64,000 nt of DNA from Opitutia bacterium (GTDB lineage: Bacteria; Verrucomicrobiota; Verrucomicrobiia; Opitutales; Opitutaceae), in the NCBI GenBank assembly GCA_947478395.1, contig CANJVR010000001.1, positions 320,001 to 384,000 on the forward strand, given 5' to 3'. Position numbers and translations under genes: made by a program. The notes under the pieces are model-generated. The model worked only from the letters and a program-made list of their open reading frames with translations. It was not told where the DNA came from and did no database searches. Within the stretch, counting starts at the first letter, position 1, and each line of letters starts with the position of its first letter. This document shows, one piece after another, positions 39,511-48,803 of the stretch.

Positions 39511-40203
39511 TCAGGCGCCGCCGGCGGCCTGCGCCGGGGCGTCGTCGGCGTCGTCTTCCTCACGATCCGGACCATCATCGACCGGCGGATCATTTTCAAC
39601 CGGATGAAACTTCGGCTTGCGCTTGTTGGGCGCGAGCGGCGTGAGCATCACGTGAATGTTACGCCCGATCAGCTTGGGTTCGGCATCCGGATGGCCCATG
39701 CCAACGAGTTCGCCGACCGCCCTCGTCATCACGGCGAAACCAAGTTCCGTGTGAGCCATTTCGCGACCCCGGAATTTCAGCCGCAACTTAACTTTGTTGC
39801 CGTGCGCGAGAAACGCCTCCGCGTGACGGATCTTGGTGAAAAAATCTCCGTCGGCGATACGTGCACTGAACTCGATCTCCTTGATCTTGCTCGCGGTGGA
39901 TTTAACGTGCGACGTCTTCTTCTGTTCCTCGTAGACGTACTTGCCGAAATCCATAATGCGGCAAACGGGCGGCGTGGCGTTCGGCGCGACCTCGACCAGA
40001 TCAAGCCCGACCTCAAGGGCGAGCGAGATCGCCTTTTGTGTATCCAAAATTCCGAGCTGCTTGCCTTCGGGGGAAATTACACGCACCGAAGGGACTTTGA
40101 TGCGGTGATTGCGGCGGATGGCCGCGAACGGGTCGACATTGCGACGCTGATAAGAACCGGAGCGATTGCCGCTGCCGCCGGCTGAGGGAAACGAAGTAGC
40201 CAT
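39511..40203 (-). CDS. infC: Translation initiation factor IF-3
   Basis: 'GLDLVEVAPNATPPVCRIMDFGKY', 'KVKLRLKFRGRE'; start uncertain because infC often uses a non-ATG start. Confidence 0.93.
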   Translation of the reverse strand: MATSFPSAGGSGNRSGSYQRRNVDPFAAIRRNHRIKVPSVRVISPEGKQLGILDTQKAISLALEVGLDLVEVAPNATPPVCRIMDFGKYVYEEQKKTSHVKSTASKIKEIEFSARIADGDFFTKIRHAEAFLAHGNKVKLRLKFRGREMAHTELGFAVMTRAVGELVGMGHPDAEPKLIGRNIHVMLTPLAPNKRKPKFHPVENDPPVDDGPDREEDDADDAPAQAAGGA

Positions 40204-40299
40204 CAAATAAGGTTTGGTCTGTAAGTTAGGTCGGAGCCATTTCTCGCCGTCTGGCTGGACCGGAGCAACACCAATTTGACCGCCGCAGCCGACGGCGGT

Positions 40300-40692
40300 T
40301 CAAACGCTGAAGCTTTCCCCGCACGAGCAACTGGCTTTCGCGTTGGGATTGGTGAACTTGAACCCCCCCGCCACCAGCGCCGACGAGTAGTCGAGCACCG
40401 TACCTTTGAGGTAGAGTGCGGTCTTGGGATCAACGACGACCTGCACATCGCCGGTCTGAACAAGGATGTCTCCCCGGCGCGGCTCGGGCGTGAACTTCAT
40501 CTTGTAGCTCAGGCCGTTGCACCCTCCGCCCGTGATCGCGATGCGTAGCAATTCGCCCTGCTGTTCGCGCGCGATCAGCGTGCGAACCTTCGCGCCGGCC
40601 GGGGGCGTGACTTTCACCAGCAACTCGCTCCCCACCCGCACGCCTTCCGGTATGGCAGGGCTGGCAAGAAGAGAGGCAACGGGCGCGGACAT
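40300..40692 (-). CDS. HesB/IscA family iron-sulfur cluster carrier
   Basis: 'GGGCNGLSY', 'NPNAKASCSCGESFSV'. Confidence 0.93.
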   Translation of the reverse strand: MSAPVASLLASPAIPEGVRVGSELLVKVTPPAGAKVRTLIAREQQGELLRIAITGGGCNGLSYKMKFTPEPRRGDILVQTGDVQVVVDPKTALYLKGTVLDYSSALVAGGFKFTNPNAKASCSCGESFSV

Positions 40693-40701
40693 CGGCAGCG
40701 A

Positions 40702-41622
40702 CTATTGCACGGTCGCCGCGTTTATCAAGCGCCGCGCCACGGTCACGGCATTTGCGAAACTGGTGCCGCGGGCCTTGCCTTTTCCAGCAATGCCAAACGC
40801 GGTGCCGTGATCAGGGCTGGTCCGCACGTGCGGCAGGCCGAGCGTGACGTTCACCGCCTCATCGAAATCGACCGCTTTCAACGGCGCCAAACCCTGATCG
40901 TGATAAAGCGCCACCACGACGTCGAACTCACCGCGCAAAGCCCGCGCAAAAAGGGTGTCGCCAGGTTCGCACCGCGATAGTCCCGGGAAATCCACGCGTA
41001 ATTTTTCCAGCGCCGGGTTAATGAGATCGCGTTCCTCCCGACCCAGCATTCCTCCCTCGCCCGCGTGCGGATTGAGCCCGCACACGCCGATGCGCGGAAG
41101 ACTCACGCCCTCGGCGCGGGCCAAGGCGTGAGCAGCCGCGACTGTACGACGAAGTAACTCAGGCCCCAGCAGTCGCGACACTTCACCGAGAGGCACATGC
41201 CACGTCGCGAGGACAACGCGTAGTTTCCCGCCGCAAAAACACATCACCGGGTCGCCGCCCCAGCGGGCCGCGAAAAACTCGGTCTGGCCGGGAAATTTGT
41301 AACCGACGCGCGCCAAGCGCTCCTTGCTGACCGGACCTGTGACCACGCCGGAAAATTCGCCACTGACGCAGCCCTGCGCCGCGCGTTCCATCGCGGCCCA
41401 AGCCACGAGCGCACCGTCGGCGGTCGGCTGACCGGGCGTGTCCGCAAAATCTTCGAGGCCGACCGCGATCTTAGTGGCAGACGTGCTCAACGACGCCAGC
41501 CAGCCCGCCGGACCAATAACCGCGATTCCGTCCGCTTCCGCAGCGTGCGCGGCCAACCACGCCGCAATGATTTCCGGCCCGACTCCGGCGGGATCACCAC
41601 ACGTGAACGCGAGCTTACTCAT
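40702..41622 (-). CDS. pdxA: 4-hydroxythreonine-4-phosphate dehydrogenase
   Basis: 'GDPAGVGPEI', 'GLNPHAGEGG', 'YHDQGL', 'RTSPDHGTAF'. Confidence 0.95.
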   Translation of the reverse strand: MSKLAFTCGDPAGVGPEIIAAWLAAHAAEADGIAVIGPAGWLASLSTSATKIAVGLEDFADTPGQPTADGALVAWAAMERAAQGCVSGEFSGVVTGPVSKERLARVGYKFPGQTEFFAARWGGDPVMCFCGGKLRVVLATWHVPLGEVSRLLGPELLRRTVAAAHALARAEGVSLPRIGVCGLNPHAGEGGMLGREERDLINPALEKLRVDFPGLSRCEPGDTLFARALRGEFDVVVALYHDQGLAPLKAVDFDEAVNVTLGLPHVRTSPDHGTAFGIAGKGKARGTSFANAVTVARRLINAATVQ

Positions 41623-42364
41623 CGTTTTCCGCGGCCGGGCTGCGGCGCGCGCGGGCGAAACTACGTTTACCCGCGGCGAAAAATCCCAAGAAGTGCCGCG
41701 CTTCCACCGTCGTGAACCCACCATCGGTCAACGCGGTGGCGGCCACCGTTCGGATATTTCCCGGCGTGAAATACACGGCGTGAAACGCCGCTTTCAGTTC
41801 CGCGATCGCGCTGCGGCTAAAGCCGCGCCGCCGCAGACCGACCACGTTGAAGCCGATCACTTCATCGCGTTCCGCCGCCATGGTGTAGTGAGGAACGTCG
41901 CGCGTGATCGATGCATTGCCCGCAATCATCACGCCATCGCCGATGCGGCAATATTGGTGAATGCCCACGCCGCCGCCCATAAACGTGTGCGCGCCCACTT
42001 CGACGTGGCCAGCGAGCATCGCGTTGTTCGCCAGGACGACATGGTCGCCAACGATGCAATCGTGGGCGACATGGACGTTGGCCATGAGAAAACAATTTTC
42101 GCCGATCGTCGTGAACCCCCCGGCCCGGACCGAGCGGTTGAGGGTGACGTGCTCGCGAATGACCGTGCCCGCGCCCACGCGCACCCCGGTCGCCAGCGCA
42201 CGATCGAACTTTAAATATTGAGGATCACCGCCGACAACCGCGAATGGATGCACCACGACGCGATCGCCGAGCACCGCGTGTTGGGTGACGACCGCGTAGG
42301 CGTGAATTTCGCAATTTGTCCCCAGCTGCGCGCCGGGCTCGATGATAGCGGTGGGATGAATCAT
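41615..42364 (-). CDS. lpxA: Acyl-ACP--UDP-N-acetylglucosamine O-acyltransferase
   Basis: 'IHPTAII', hexapeptide repeats, 'HVAHDC', 'LAGHV'. Confidence 0.92.
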   Translation of the reverse strand: MIHPTAIIEPGAQLGTNCEIHAYAVVTQHAVLGDRVVVHPFAVVGGDPQYLKFDRALATGVRVGAGTVIREHVTLNRSVRAGGFTTIGENCFLMANVHVAHDCIVGDHVVLANNAMLAGHVEVGAHTFMGGGVGIHQYCRIGDGVMIAGNASITRDVPHYTMAAERDEVIGFNVVGLRRRGFSRSAIAELKAAFHAVYFTPGNIRTVAATALTDGGFTTVEARHFLGFFAAGKRSFARARRSPAAENDE

Positions 42365-42996
42365 ACGGGCCGGGGTTTGCGCGCTTCCGATTCTCGCGCT
42401 ACGGGCAGATCCAGCTGCGTGTCTTTCAGCAGGTCGTAATTTTTCAGAATGCGCATGACTTGGAGCGTGTCGCTCTTGCTGTAGTTTTGATTGCTTTCAA
42501 TTTTGTCGATCAAATCGAGGAGCATCGCACGGAATGAGATGATCGCGTCCACCCCGCGCTCCTTGAGCAACTCCACGCTTTGGGAGCGAAACGGCTCGGC
42601 CGTCGGCAAGGCCGGGAGCACCAGGATTTTCGTGAGCTCGCCTTCGCCCTCCACGCCCGACCCGCTGGGGAAAAGGCGCGCGGCCTGTTTCAAGACGTTC
42701 TCCTCGAGAAAACGAAATATCTCCGGGCTGGTTTTTAGCACGTTCGGCGAAAACACGTTCGTATGCCACGGCTTCACTGAAACCACCGCGCGCTGGACAA
42801 AGGGCAGTTCGCTTGAAAAAAGAAAAAAATCGGGACGACGCGATCCGCGTTGCCAGGTCGGATTCGACACCAGCAGGTCGATTTCCTCCTCGCTGGTTTT
42901 GCGGCGCGCCGAGACGGAATACTTGCGCGCCTGGCGCACGAAAAACCCGTTTTGCTCGAAATATTCGCGTACGATACCTTCGTCGATGGCCGACAT
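42361..42996 (-). CDS. Hypothetical protein, possible PD-(D/E)xK-like fold
   Basis: 'E..VREYFEQNGFFV', 'EIDLLV', 'VSVKPWH'; ATGA overlap with lpxA. Confidence 0.65.
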   Translation of the reverse strand: MSAIDEGIVREYFEQNGFFVRQARKYSVSARRKTSEEEIDLLVSNPTWQRGSRRPDFFLFSSELPFVQRAVVSVKPWHTNVFSPNVLKTSPEIFRFLEENVLKQAARLFPSGSGVEGEGELTKILVLPALPTAEPFRSQSVELLKERGVDAIISFRAMLLDLIDKIESNQNYSKSDTLQVMRILKNYDLLKDTQLDLPVARESEARKPRPV

Positions 42997-42998
42997 GT

Positions 42999-43092
42999 TG
43001 ATTTCGATTTGAGCTTCGCGATTTCGAGTTTTGGCCGGGTACGACGAGCGAGCAAATGCCTAAATCAATTATTCAAAATCGAAACGCCCAAA
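42999..43092. repeat. Degenerate inverted heptamer-type repeat tract
   Basis: GATTTCGATTT...GATTTCGAGTTTT facing AAATCAA...AAAATCGAAA. Confidence 0.55.
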
Positions 43093-44178
43093 TTACGCTG
43101 CGCCGACTTCGCGCCACGCCGCGACCACGTGCGCCGGATCGATCCCGCTCTGCGTCGCCGCCCCACCCAGGGTTTTCAGGACAATGAAACGCAGCCCCCC
43201 CGCGCGAACTTTTTTATCCCGCGCCATCGCGGCCGAGAGATCAACGAGCGCCAGCGGCTCCCTCAACTTTGTCGGGAGGGCGTGGGCCGCCACCACTGCT
43301 TCCACGCGCGCCACATCGCTCGCCGTCAGGCCGCCCAGCTTTTGCGACAACCGCGCCGCCGCGCAAAGTCCAACCGCCACCGCTTCGCCGTGGAGATAGG
43401 TACCGTAGCCCGTCACCTGTTCGATCGCGTGCCCGAAGGTGTGGCCGAGATTGAGCAGCGCCCGCCCGCCCTCGGCGGCAAGTTCACGTTCGTCGGCTTC
43501 GACAATCCGCGCTTTGAGCGCGCAGCAGCGCCGGATCACGTCCGCCAGCGCGGGCGAGGTTTGTGTGAGCGGAGTATTTTCCAACTGCTGGAAAAGCGCC
43601 GCGTCCCCCAGCAAACCGTATTTGATCACCTCAGCCATGCCCGCGGCAAACTCCCGGGCCGGCAGGGTCGCGAGCAAACCCGTCGCAACATAGACCGCCC
43701 GCGGCTGATGAAACGCACCCACCAGATTTTTCCCGGCGGAAAGATTGATGCCCGTCTTGCCGCCGACCGAGCTGTCGACCATCGCAAGCAACGTCGTCGG
43801 CACTTGGATGAAATCGATCCCGCGTAGATAGGCCGCCGCCGCGAAGCCCCCGAGATCGCCGATCACACCGCCGCCGACCGCGAACAAAACGCCCGTGCGA
43901 TCAAGCCGCTGCGCCGCGAAAAAATCCAAAACTTGGCCCAAATCCGTCAGCGATTTCGTCTCTTCTCCCGGCGTCAACGCGAGCACCGGTGCGGCACCGA
44001 ACATCGCTTTCACGGCCGCCGCTTGGTGAGCTTCAAGGTTACGATCGGTCAGGACGACGAATCTGCGGCCGGCCGTCGTCAACGCGGCGGCATGGGCATG
44101 CACTTCGTTTACGAGGTCGGCTCCGAAGTAAATCGGATAGCTCCGCTCCCCAAGATTCACGGTGAAAATTTCGATCAT
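43093..44178 (-). CDS. aroB: 3-dehydroquinate synthase
   Basis: 'GGGVIGDLGGF', 'PTTLLAMVDSSVGGKTGIN', 'LNLGHTFGHAIE', 'HGEAV'. Confidence 0.97.
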   Translation of the reverse strand: MIEIFTVNLGERSYPIYFGADLVNEVHAHAAALTTAGRRFVVLTDRNLEAHQAAAVKAMFGAAPVLALTPGEETKSLTDLGQVLDFFAAQRLDRTGVLFAVGGGVIGDLGGFAAAAYLRGIDFIQVPTTLLAMVDSSVGGKTGINLSAGKNLVGAFHQPRAVYVATGLLATLPAREFAAGMAEVIKYGLLGDAALFQQLENTPLTQTSPALADVIRRCCALKARIVEADERELAAEGGRALLNLGHTFGHAIEQVTGYGTYLHGEAVAVGLCAAARLSQKLGGLTASDVARVEAVVAAHALPTKLREPLALVDLSAAMARDKKVRAGGLRFIVLKTLGGAATQSGIDPAHVVAAWREVGAA

Positions 44179-44453
44179 GCCACGCGTGTTAATGCCTTCA
44201 TCTCCATTTCCGTCAAACGCCCATTCACCCCGGAATGGGCCCTCGAAACACTCCCCACTCCCGTCGCATAGTGCTGCGCGGGAGCGCGTGGTCCGTGGTG
44301 CGAAGGAGGACGAAAAACTTCTCGCCACCTTCCGCGCGCTCCGTGAGACACAGGCCTCCCCGGTCTGTTGCTTTCAACCGTGCGACCTCCCGTGCTCCCG
44401 CTATAATTTCACCGCGACGCTTTCGCCGTTCCACGCCCACTCTCCTTCCGAGC

Positions 44454-45683
44454 ATGAAACGCTTCCGTAAAACCATTTTCTGGCTGCACCTGATCGCCGG
44501 CCTCGTCGCCGGTCTTTCCATCGCCGTGATGTGCCTTACCGGCACGGCGCTCGCGTTTGAAAAGGAAATCCTAGCGTGGGCTCAACGCGACGCCCGCACG
44601 GTGCCCGCGCCGGCCGAAAACACCGCGCGCCTCACGTTGGAGCAATTGCAAGCGAAGGTTCATGACGCGCAGCCTGATTTCCGACTCACCTCCATCGTCC
44701 TGCAGAACGACCCGCGCGCCGCCGTGGCGTTTCCCGCGAGCGCACGCGGCGCCGCCCCCATCTACGCGAATCCCTACACGGGAGAAGTCCGCCCGTCCGC
44801 CCCCACCGCCGTCAACGGCTTCATGCAGTCCATGAATTCGTGGCACCGTTACCTCAATTTCACCGGTGAGGTTGCCCGGCCACGCGGCCGTCTGATCAAC
44901 GGCGTCAGCAACCTCGCCTTCGCGTTCCTGGCGTTCAGCGGTCTCTACCTTTGGTGGCCGCGCAAGTGGCGCACGAAAGGCCTGAGGCGTTCAATCGTCT
45001 TCGTGCGCGCCTACGGCAAGGCGCGCGACTGGAACTGGCACAACGTCATCGGCCTTTATTCCGCGCCCGTGCTAATCGTACTCACGATCACCGCGATTCC
45101 GATTTCGTTTCAATGGGGCGGGCGCGTGATCAACACGCTCACCGGCACGCCAGAGCCCGCCGCCGGCGCTGCGAACGGTCCTGCTGCACCAGCGGCTGGC
45201 GCACCTCCAACGGCGATCGTCATCACCCCACCGGTAACAGGCGCGCGTCCGATCAGCCAAGACGCGCTCGTCGCGATCGTGCAAAAGGACATTCCCGCGT
45301 GGAAAACCATGACCATCGCCAGTCCGGGCGGATCCGGTGGCCGCGGCGGACGCAGTGGCACCGAAACCACCCCGCAACCCGCTATGGTCACTGTGCGCAC
45401 CAGCGACTCGTGGCCGCGTACGGTAAATCTCACCCTGACGCTCAATCCGTACACCGGCGAAGTGCTGCGTCGGAGCGGCTATGCCGACCAAGCGCCGGCG
45501 CAGCGCGTCCGAGCGTGGACGCGTTATTTGCACACCGGTGAAGCGCTCGGCTTCTGGGGCCAGCTCGTCGCCGGCCTCGCGTGTCTCGGCGGCTGCGTTC
45601 TTGTCTACACCGGCTTCGCGTTATCATGGCGGCGTTTCTTCATCGGTAAACCGACTGAGTCGCCACCGTCCCCGATTTCCTGA
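44454..45683 (+). CDS. PepSY-associated TM helix domain membrane protein
   Basis: 'FWLHLIAGL', 'YANPYTGEV', 'SWHRYL', 'SGLYLWWP', 'WHNVIG', 'YLHTGE'. Confidence 0.9.
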   Translation: MKRFRKTIFWLHLIAGLVAGLSIAVMCLTGTALAFEKEILAWAQRDARTVPAPAENTARLTLEQLQAKVHDAQPDFRLTSIVLQNDPRAAVAFPASARGAAPIYANPYTGEVRPSAPTAVNGFMQSMNSWHRYLNFTGEVARPRGRLINGVSNLAFAFLAFSGLYLWWPRKWRTKGLRRSIVFVRAYGKARDWNWHNVIGLYSAPVLIVLTITAIPISFQWGGRVINTLTGTPEPAAGAANGPAAPAAGAPPTAIVITPPVTGARPISQDALVAIVQKDIPAWKTMTIASPGGSGGRGGRSGTETTPQPAMVTVRTSDSWPRTVNLTLTLNPYTGEVLRRSGYADQAPAQRVRAWTRYLHTGEALGFWGQLVAGLACLGGCVLVYTGFALSWRRFFIGKPTESPPSPIS

Positions 45684-45721
45684 ACCGTTCACCGCGTCGG
45701 CGCTGGCGGATCGGGGCGGAA

Positions 45722-45853
45722 CTAGAGCGATCCAACTAAAATTACGACGTAGCGGCAGGCGTCCCTGCCTGCCGAAGCTAGGAAGCCGAACCCGGCAGGC
45801 AGGGACGCCTGCCGCTACATAAAAGGGCCACGGAAAAACTTAAATCGCTCTAG
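45722..45853 (+). repeat. Miniature element copy E, best preserved: 10-bp TIR CTAGAGCGAT around a perfect 26-bp GTAG-REP inverted pair
   Basis: CTAGAGCGAT (45722) and ATCGCTCTAG (45844-45853); GTAGCGGCAGGCGTCCCTGCCTGCCG at 45749-45774 with exact reverse complement at 45793-45818. Confidence 0.9.
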
Positions 45854-46077
45854 AATTTCAGCCGCGTGTTATCGTGGCCGCAACGCGGGCACTTCGCCAG
45901 CTCCACCCCGGTCTTGGCCGTGTAGAGCTGGTCGCAGCGAATACAGTGAAAGGTCGTCTTGCGTCGCTCGCGCTCAAAGCGGTGATGCTCGCGGCGATCA
46001 TAGTACAGCCACAGCGCGAGAAATCCGACGGCAAGCAGCACGCAAAAAATAACGGCGCCGGTGGTGAGATCAAACAT
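45850..46077 (-). CDS. Small membrane-anchored zinc-ribbon protein
   Basis: N-terminal TM helix; CxxC pairs 'CIRC' and 'CPRC'. Confidence 0.75.
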   Translation of the reverse strand: MFDLTTGAVIFCVLLAVGFLALWLYYDRREHHRFERERRKTTFHCIRCDQLYTAKTGVELAKCPRCGHDNTRLKF

Positions 46078-46268
46078 ACGAACGGGAGTGCGACGAGTTT
46101 ATGCGGCCCAACTCAACGTAGCCACGGCTGACACGGATACGAACAGGTGCGACCGATTACCAATCCAGATTTTACTTTCTAGAGCACCGTCGCGCCCGCT
46201 TTGGTGGATCCATGTTCCGGGATTCCGACGCGGGCAAAAGCGCCACGCTAACCCAGGAAATTGGAAAT

Positions 46269-46344
46269 AAAAAAACGCGCCGAAGGGTTAGCTTCGGCGC
46301 GTCGAGAGAAACTGAAGAAACAGGCCCGACCCAAAGTCGGGCCT
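46269..46344 (-). terminator. Two tandem hairpins ending the alpha operon; the distal one has a U-tract
   Basis: AGGCCCGAC/GTCGGGCCT (46322-46344) and ACGCGCCGAAG/CTTCGGCGCGT (46275-46302) followed by T7 on the minus strand. Confidence 0.85.
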
Positions 46345-46349
46345 CGATC

Positions 46350-46877
46350 TTAGGCTTTGGCTTCGCCTTCGGTCGCGGGAGCAGCGGGAGCTTCAACCGC
46401 GGCCGCGGTCTTGGGCGCTTTCTTGGCTTTGGCTTTCTTGACCTTGGCTTTCTTGTAGCCGACGTCGTCCGCTTTCACGAACTCGATCAAAGCCATCTCG
46501 GCGGCGTCGTTCATGCGCTGCTGGCCGAGTTTGTAGATGCGGGTGTAACCGCCCGAGCGGTTAACGAACTGCTTATATTTTTCCTTGAACAGCAGCGTGA
46601 CAGCATCCTCGCTGCGCACATCGGCGCCAGCGAGACGCCGCAAATGCAACGCGCGTGGCGCCAGCACTTGTTTGCCGTTCTTTTCGACGGTCGGGATCGC
46701 GCCGGCCTGCTTGGCCTTAGTGATGACTTTTTCGATGAAGGGCCGGAGGGCCTTGGCCTTCGCGAGCGTGGTCTCGATGCGATCGTGCTCGATCAGCGAT
46801 GCGGCCATATTGGACATCATCGATTTGCGGTGTTCACGAGTGACGCCGAGGGAAGCGTGGTGATTTTTGTGACGCAT
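46350..46877 (-). CDS. rplQ: 50S ribosomal protein L17
   Basis: 'MRH', 'RIETTLAKAKALR', 'RSGGYTRI'; Lys/Ala-rich tail. Confidence 0.96.
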   Translation of the reverse strand: MRHKNHHASLGVTREHRKSMMSNMAASLIEHDRIETTLAKAKALRPFIEKVITKAKQAGAIPTVEKNGKQVLAPRALHLRRLAGADVRSEDAVTLLFKEKYKQFVNRSGGYTRIYKLGQQRMNDAAEMALIEFVKADDVGYKKAKVKKAKAKKAPKTAAAVEAPAAPATEGEAKA

Positions 46878-47080
46878 GGTGGTTTGTTTTTAAGCGGTTC
46901 CCGATCGGCAATCCGGTCGCAGCGTAGGGCGGCAGCGGACGGCGCGAGAACCAATAGGTTGAAAATGCCTAGATCCTAGAATTCTGATTGCCAAAAGAAC
47001 GTGGGTCTCGCGGCGAATCGGAACGGGATTTATTGGGAGTTTATGGCTTGGATTTTGCCGATTGTCGCGTGGAACGCGAC

Positions 47081-48082
47081 TCAGCCCTCTTTCTTGGCCT
47101 CGAGGAGGCGCTCGTCGAACTTCATGCCGAGCGAAAGGCCGAGGGCCTCGAGCTTGTCCTTGATTTCGTTGAGCGACTTCTTGCCGAAATTGCGGTACTT
47201 TAGCATCTCCTGCTCGGTCTTCATCGCGAGCTCGCCGACGGTGGTGATATTCGCGTTGTTGAGACAGTTCGCCGCACGAACGGAGAGTTCGATTTCGTTG
47301 ACCGACATGTTGAGGAGCTTGCGGAGCTTGTTCTGCTCTTCGCTGACCCCGGACTGCTGGTTTTCGAATTCAAATTCCTCCTCGGAAACGCGATCGAAGA
47401 CATCGAGGTGATGCTTCAGAATCGAGGCGGACTGCTTGAGTGCGTCATCGGGCGTGATGCGCCCGTCGGTCCAGATTTCGAGGATAAGCTTGTCGTAATC
47501 GGTGATCTGGCCGACGCGCGTGGCTTCGACGGAATATTTCACCAAGCGGACAGGAGAGAACAAGGAATCAATCGGAATGACGCCGATGGCCTGCTCTTCC
47601 TTCTTGTTCGCTTCGCCGGGGTAGTAGCCGCGGCCGGTCTTGATCTCAATCTCGGCCTCGAAGGAGCGCTTCGAGTCGAGGGTGCAGATCAACTGGTCGG
47701 GGTTGACGATCGTGATATTGGCATCGGCCTGGATGTCAGCTGCGGTCACGGGACCGGCCTTGGAGGCCTTGATCGTGAGGTTGATCGCCTCACGCTTGGT
47801 GGAGACGATGAGAACCTTCTTCAGGTTGAGCACAATGTCCGTGACGTCCTCGACGATGTTGTCGATGGACTGGAATTCGTGGTTCACGCCATCGATCTTG
47901 ATCGAGGAAATGGCGGCGCCTTCGATGGAGCTGAGCAGCACCCGGCGGAGTGAATTACCGACCGTGTGGCCGTAGCCGGCCTCGAAGGGCTCGGCGATGA
48001 ACTTGGCGTAGGTCGGCGATGAGCCTTCCTCGACTTTGGTGAGCTTACTGGGGAGTTCGAACTTTCCGAGGCGTTTGGGCAT
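47081..48082 (-). CDS. rpoA: RNA polymerase alpha subunit
   Basis: 'EPFEAGYGHTVGNSLRRVLLSS', 'LSVRAANCL', 'NFGKKSLNEI'. Confidence 0.98.
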   Translation of the reverse strand: MPKRLGKFELPSKLTKVEEGSSPTYAKFIAEPFEAGYGHTVGNSLRRVLLSSIEGAAISSIKIDGVNHEFQSIDNIVEDVTDIVLNLKKVLIVSTKREAINLTIKASKAGPVTAADIQADANITIVNPDQLICTLDSKRSFEAEIEIKTGRGYYPGEANKKEEQAIGVIPIDSLFSPVRLVKYSVEATRVGQITDYDKLILEIWTDGRITPDDALKQSASILKHHLDVFDRVSEEEFEFENQQSGVSEEQNKLRKLLNMSVNEIELSVRAANCLNNANITTVGELAMKTEQEMLKYRNFGKKSLNEIKDKLEALGLSLGMKFDERLLEAKKEG

Positions 48083-48136
48083 GGTATTGAACTCTGACGG
48101 GTTGGAAGAAAAGAGAGGTGAAGAGACGAAGAAGAC

Positions 48137-48748
48137 TTAGAAACGCGAATAGAACTCGACGATGAGCTGCTCGTTGATGGTTAGATCCATCTCGTCGCGC
48201 TTGGGCAGACGGGCCACGATGGCCTTGAAGGCCTCGGCGTTCAGCGTGAGCCATCCCGGGACGTTACGGATGCGGTTCTCTTCAAGATTGCGCGTGGCAA
48301 ACTGGCGGGAAGCCGGGGCATTCTTGACCTCGATTTCGTCGCCGGCCTTCACACTGTAGCTCGCGATGTCCAGCTTACGGCCGTTGACGCGAATGTGGCC
48401 GTGATTGACGAACTGGCGGGCGGCTGCGCGGCTCTTGGCGAGACCGAGCAGATAAACGACGCTGTCGAGACGGGTTTCAAGCAGCTGTAAAAAGCGCTCG
48501 CCGGTGACGCCGCGCTCTTTCTTTGCGATCTCGAACGTCCGGCGGAACTGGCGCTCAAGGAGGCCGTAGACGTAGCGAAGCTTTTGTTTCTCACCGAGGC
48601 CGACCGAGTATTCGGAAACCTTGCGGCGGGATTTCGGGCCGTGCTGCCCCGGAGGATAGTTGCGGCGCTCTAGCGCCTTGGCGGAGCCAAGCAGATGCAC
48701 GCCGAAACGGCGGCTGATGCGGGTAGTTGGGCCAGTGTATCGAGCCAT
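48137..48748 (-). CDS. rpsD: 30S ribosomal protein S4
   Basis: 'MARYTGP', 'LETRLDSVV', 'EQLIVEFYSR'. Confidence 0.98.
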   Translation of the reverse strand: MARYTGPTTRISRRFGVHLLGSAKALERRNYPPGQHGPKSRRKVSEYSVGLGEKQKLRYVYGLLERQFRRTFEIAKKERGVTGERFLQLLETRLDSVVYLLGLAKSRAAARQFVNHGHIRVNGRKLDIASYSVKAGDEIEVKNAPASRQFATRNLEENRIRNVPGWLTLNAEAFKAIVARLPKRDEMDLTINEQLIVEFYSRF

Positions 48749-48758
48749 GGTGGGTTCC

Positions 48759-48790
48759 TAATTTGAAATTTGAGATTTGAGATTTGAGTT
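48759..48790. repeat. Heptamer tandem repeat (ATTTGAG/ATTTGAA)
   Basis: AATTTGAAATTTGAGATTTGAGATTTGAG. Confidence 0.7.
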
Positions 48791-48803
48791 TGCGCGCAGC
48801 GCA

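Noticed and set aside
44270..44345. Hairpin upstream of the PepSY gene considered as a riboswitch
   Set aside because: A stem is present (GGAGCGCG/CGCGCTCC) but I could not identify cobalamin, TPP or other riboswitch consensus motifs
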